A stretch of DNA of 51,492 nt, filler included, from Sphacelaria rigidula (taxonomy: Eukaryota): the NCBI GenBank assembly GCA_964200075.2. It is 4 parts of 4 records of this genome, joined end to end, with 100 filler letters (N's around TTAATTAATTAA, not from the genome) between each part and the next. Parts side by side here need not be neighbours in the genome. Positions count along the whole stretch, not along the records: positions 38,698 to 51,492 come from CAXNAA020003411.1; 3 more parts are not named here. One strand, 5' to 3'. The position numbers and the translations under genes are program-made. Of this stretch, positions 50,401-51,492 are shown one piece after another. Every line of letters starts with the position of its first letter. Positions within the stretch are counted from its first letter, which is position 1. Under the pieces are notes generated by a model. It ran no database searches and was not told the DNA's origin. It saw only the letters and a program-made list of their open reading frames with translations.

Positions 50401-50825
50401 AATCTCAAGCGACCCAAGTCACTTGTAGCAGAGGCGTTCACTTGGAGAAGCCTCCTTTGGAAGAAGAAAAGAAGAAACAAACACAGGTTGGATACTGTAT
50501 CGCAAGTGGTGTTTACACTGGCACTACGCTATCAGCTACAGTACCCTTGTACATCCTGAAACACGCTTGCTCGGCTATGAAAAAGAAAAAAAAACACCTG
50601 TGGAGGAGTGACCCTGATACCCAGCCACTCCAACGCCCCGTACATCTCGGAGCAGCTGAGCGCGCCCGAGCGAGTGGAATTAAAGGCAACGAAGGCGTCC
50701 CTGATGGGGAGACCCTTCGCTTCTATTCTCCGCCGTACGGCTGTGATGGTGGACCTATACTGCAACAGGTGGAACTCATCCGGCACCAGGAAGATTCTCG
50801 ATACCGGAGTGCGCTCCACAGGAAC
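44488..50825 (-). CDS. EF-hand + Vps62/DUF946-like domain protein, 3' portion. Exons 50825-50598, 50130-50046, 49615-49488, 49130-48957, 47617-47426, 46800-46636, 45433-45314, 44625-44488
   Basis: EF-hand pair AFVAFNSTRSGALSCSEM and VRTVDLDCDGYVSWEEF. Vps62-like segments CSVWAP, YMWRPVPPSSAFVAMGMIVTTTEEPPPYDSVRCVP and VWDDAGTEGRAGSIW. Phases are consistent to the stop at 44488. Confidence 0.85.
44733..44962 (+). repeat. Dispersed repeat copy 2 (non-LTR retroelement 3' end, (CAAT)n tail), intronic
   Basis: Homologous to 25810-26082; ends in CAATCAATCAATCAAATCAATCGATCAAT. Confidence 0.85.
45440..45492. repeat. Degenerate hexamer repeat (GTCACA/GTCATA/GTCACG)
   Basis: Directly visible, immediately adjacent to a minus-strand splice acceptor. 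Confidence 0.85.
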
Positions 50826-51196
50826 CTTTGAGTGCACATCGGGGGAACAGGAGGGCGCGGGGGGGGGGGGTACTCATGATCTTGTATACCGTAGTCATGA
50901 GACCATTGACCTCACATCCCTACGAAGCCGGGATGGAGCACGGCGGGTTTTCGCCGGACCAGGCTCGCAATCCATCACCAAGGGCGAAGCGTCGTGATGT
51001 GTTCGGCGAGTCGCATGAAGGGTGAGCTGCGTCCTGCTAAGATTGTTCGGCCCAGAGCGTACTGATTATCTTGCACATGGATGGCAGTCTCCGATGAGTT
51101 GCTTCATTTTCTGGTATCGCCACTTCCACAGACAGCCACGGCTTACACACTGCCTCATGGGTAATAAATCACTGCACAGTATGATCATCATGTTTG

Positions 51197-51492
51197 AAGG
51201 GGGGTGGGGGGTATACTCGTTTGTTTTTTGCCTTAGTCGTTCGACCATTATCCACGCATCCCTCTCCCTAATGAAGACACCTCCAACATTTCGGTGCTCA
51301 TTACGTTCCTTTCATACATACCTTACACAAAAAGTTTCACATATTCTATCCCCGTCCTGTTTCGCCATCTGTGGCACCATCTCTTTCCTAGTGTAGCCAT
51401 CGTTGCTCAGGGGGGCGGAGGGGGGGGGGAGGGGCGGGGGCGTACTCAATTGTTGCTTGCCTTAGTCGTTTGACCATTGACCACGCATCCCT
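51197..51492 (+). repeat. Direct repeat with ~230-bp spacing, truncated by the window end
   Basis: A G-run followed by TACTC...TTGCCTTAGTCGTT.GACCATT..CCACGCATCCCT occurs at ~51200-51262 and ~51432-51492. Confidence 0.8.

Overview
Eukaryotic, intron-rich genomic DNA, most likely a brown alga (Ectocarpus-like stramenopile; inferred from gene and repeat style, not proven). It is four contigs joined by three artificial 100-nt N spacers, so adjacency across gaps is uncertain. Contig 1 holds a decayed chromodomain-bearing Ty3/Gypsy retrotransposon (protease-RT-RNase H-integrase-chromodomain plus an extra C-terminal domain) interrupted by a ~440-bp foldback element. Contig 2 holds the main result: a 9-exon, ~1,377-codon KDZ (Kyakuja-Dileera-Zisupton)/HMGXB3-like DDE transposase gene that the ORF track fragments. 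It can be rebuilt with consistent splice phases and only two in-frame TGA stops. It appears to carry a ParB/sulfiredoxin-like domain inserted in its catalytic core, a 43-bp periodic intronic array, downstream 376-bp tandem repeats and a divergent Pro-rich ORF. Contigs 3-4 hold spliced host genes (a hypothetical protein, a PB1-domain protein, an AP2/ERF-domain factor, an EF-hand + Vps62-like protein), a hAT MITE with a perfect 8-bp TSD, and two copies of a LINE/SINE-like 3' tail. A tRNA-derived SINE lies at the end of contig 2. All family assignments are motif recognition by eye, not database hits.
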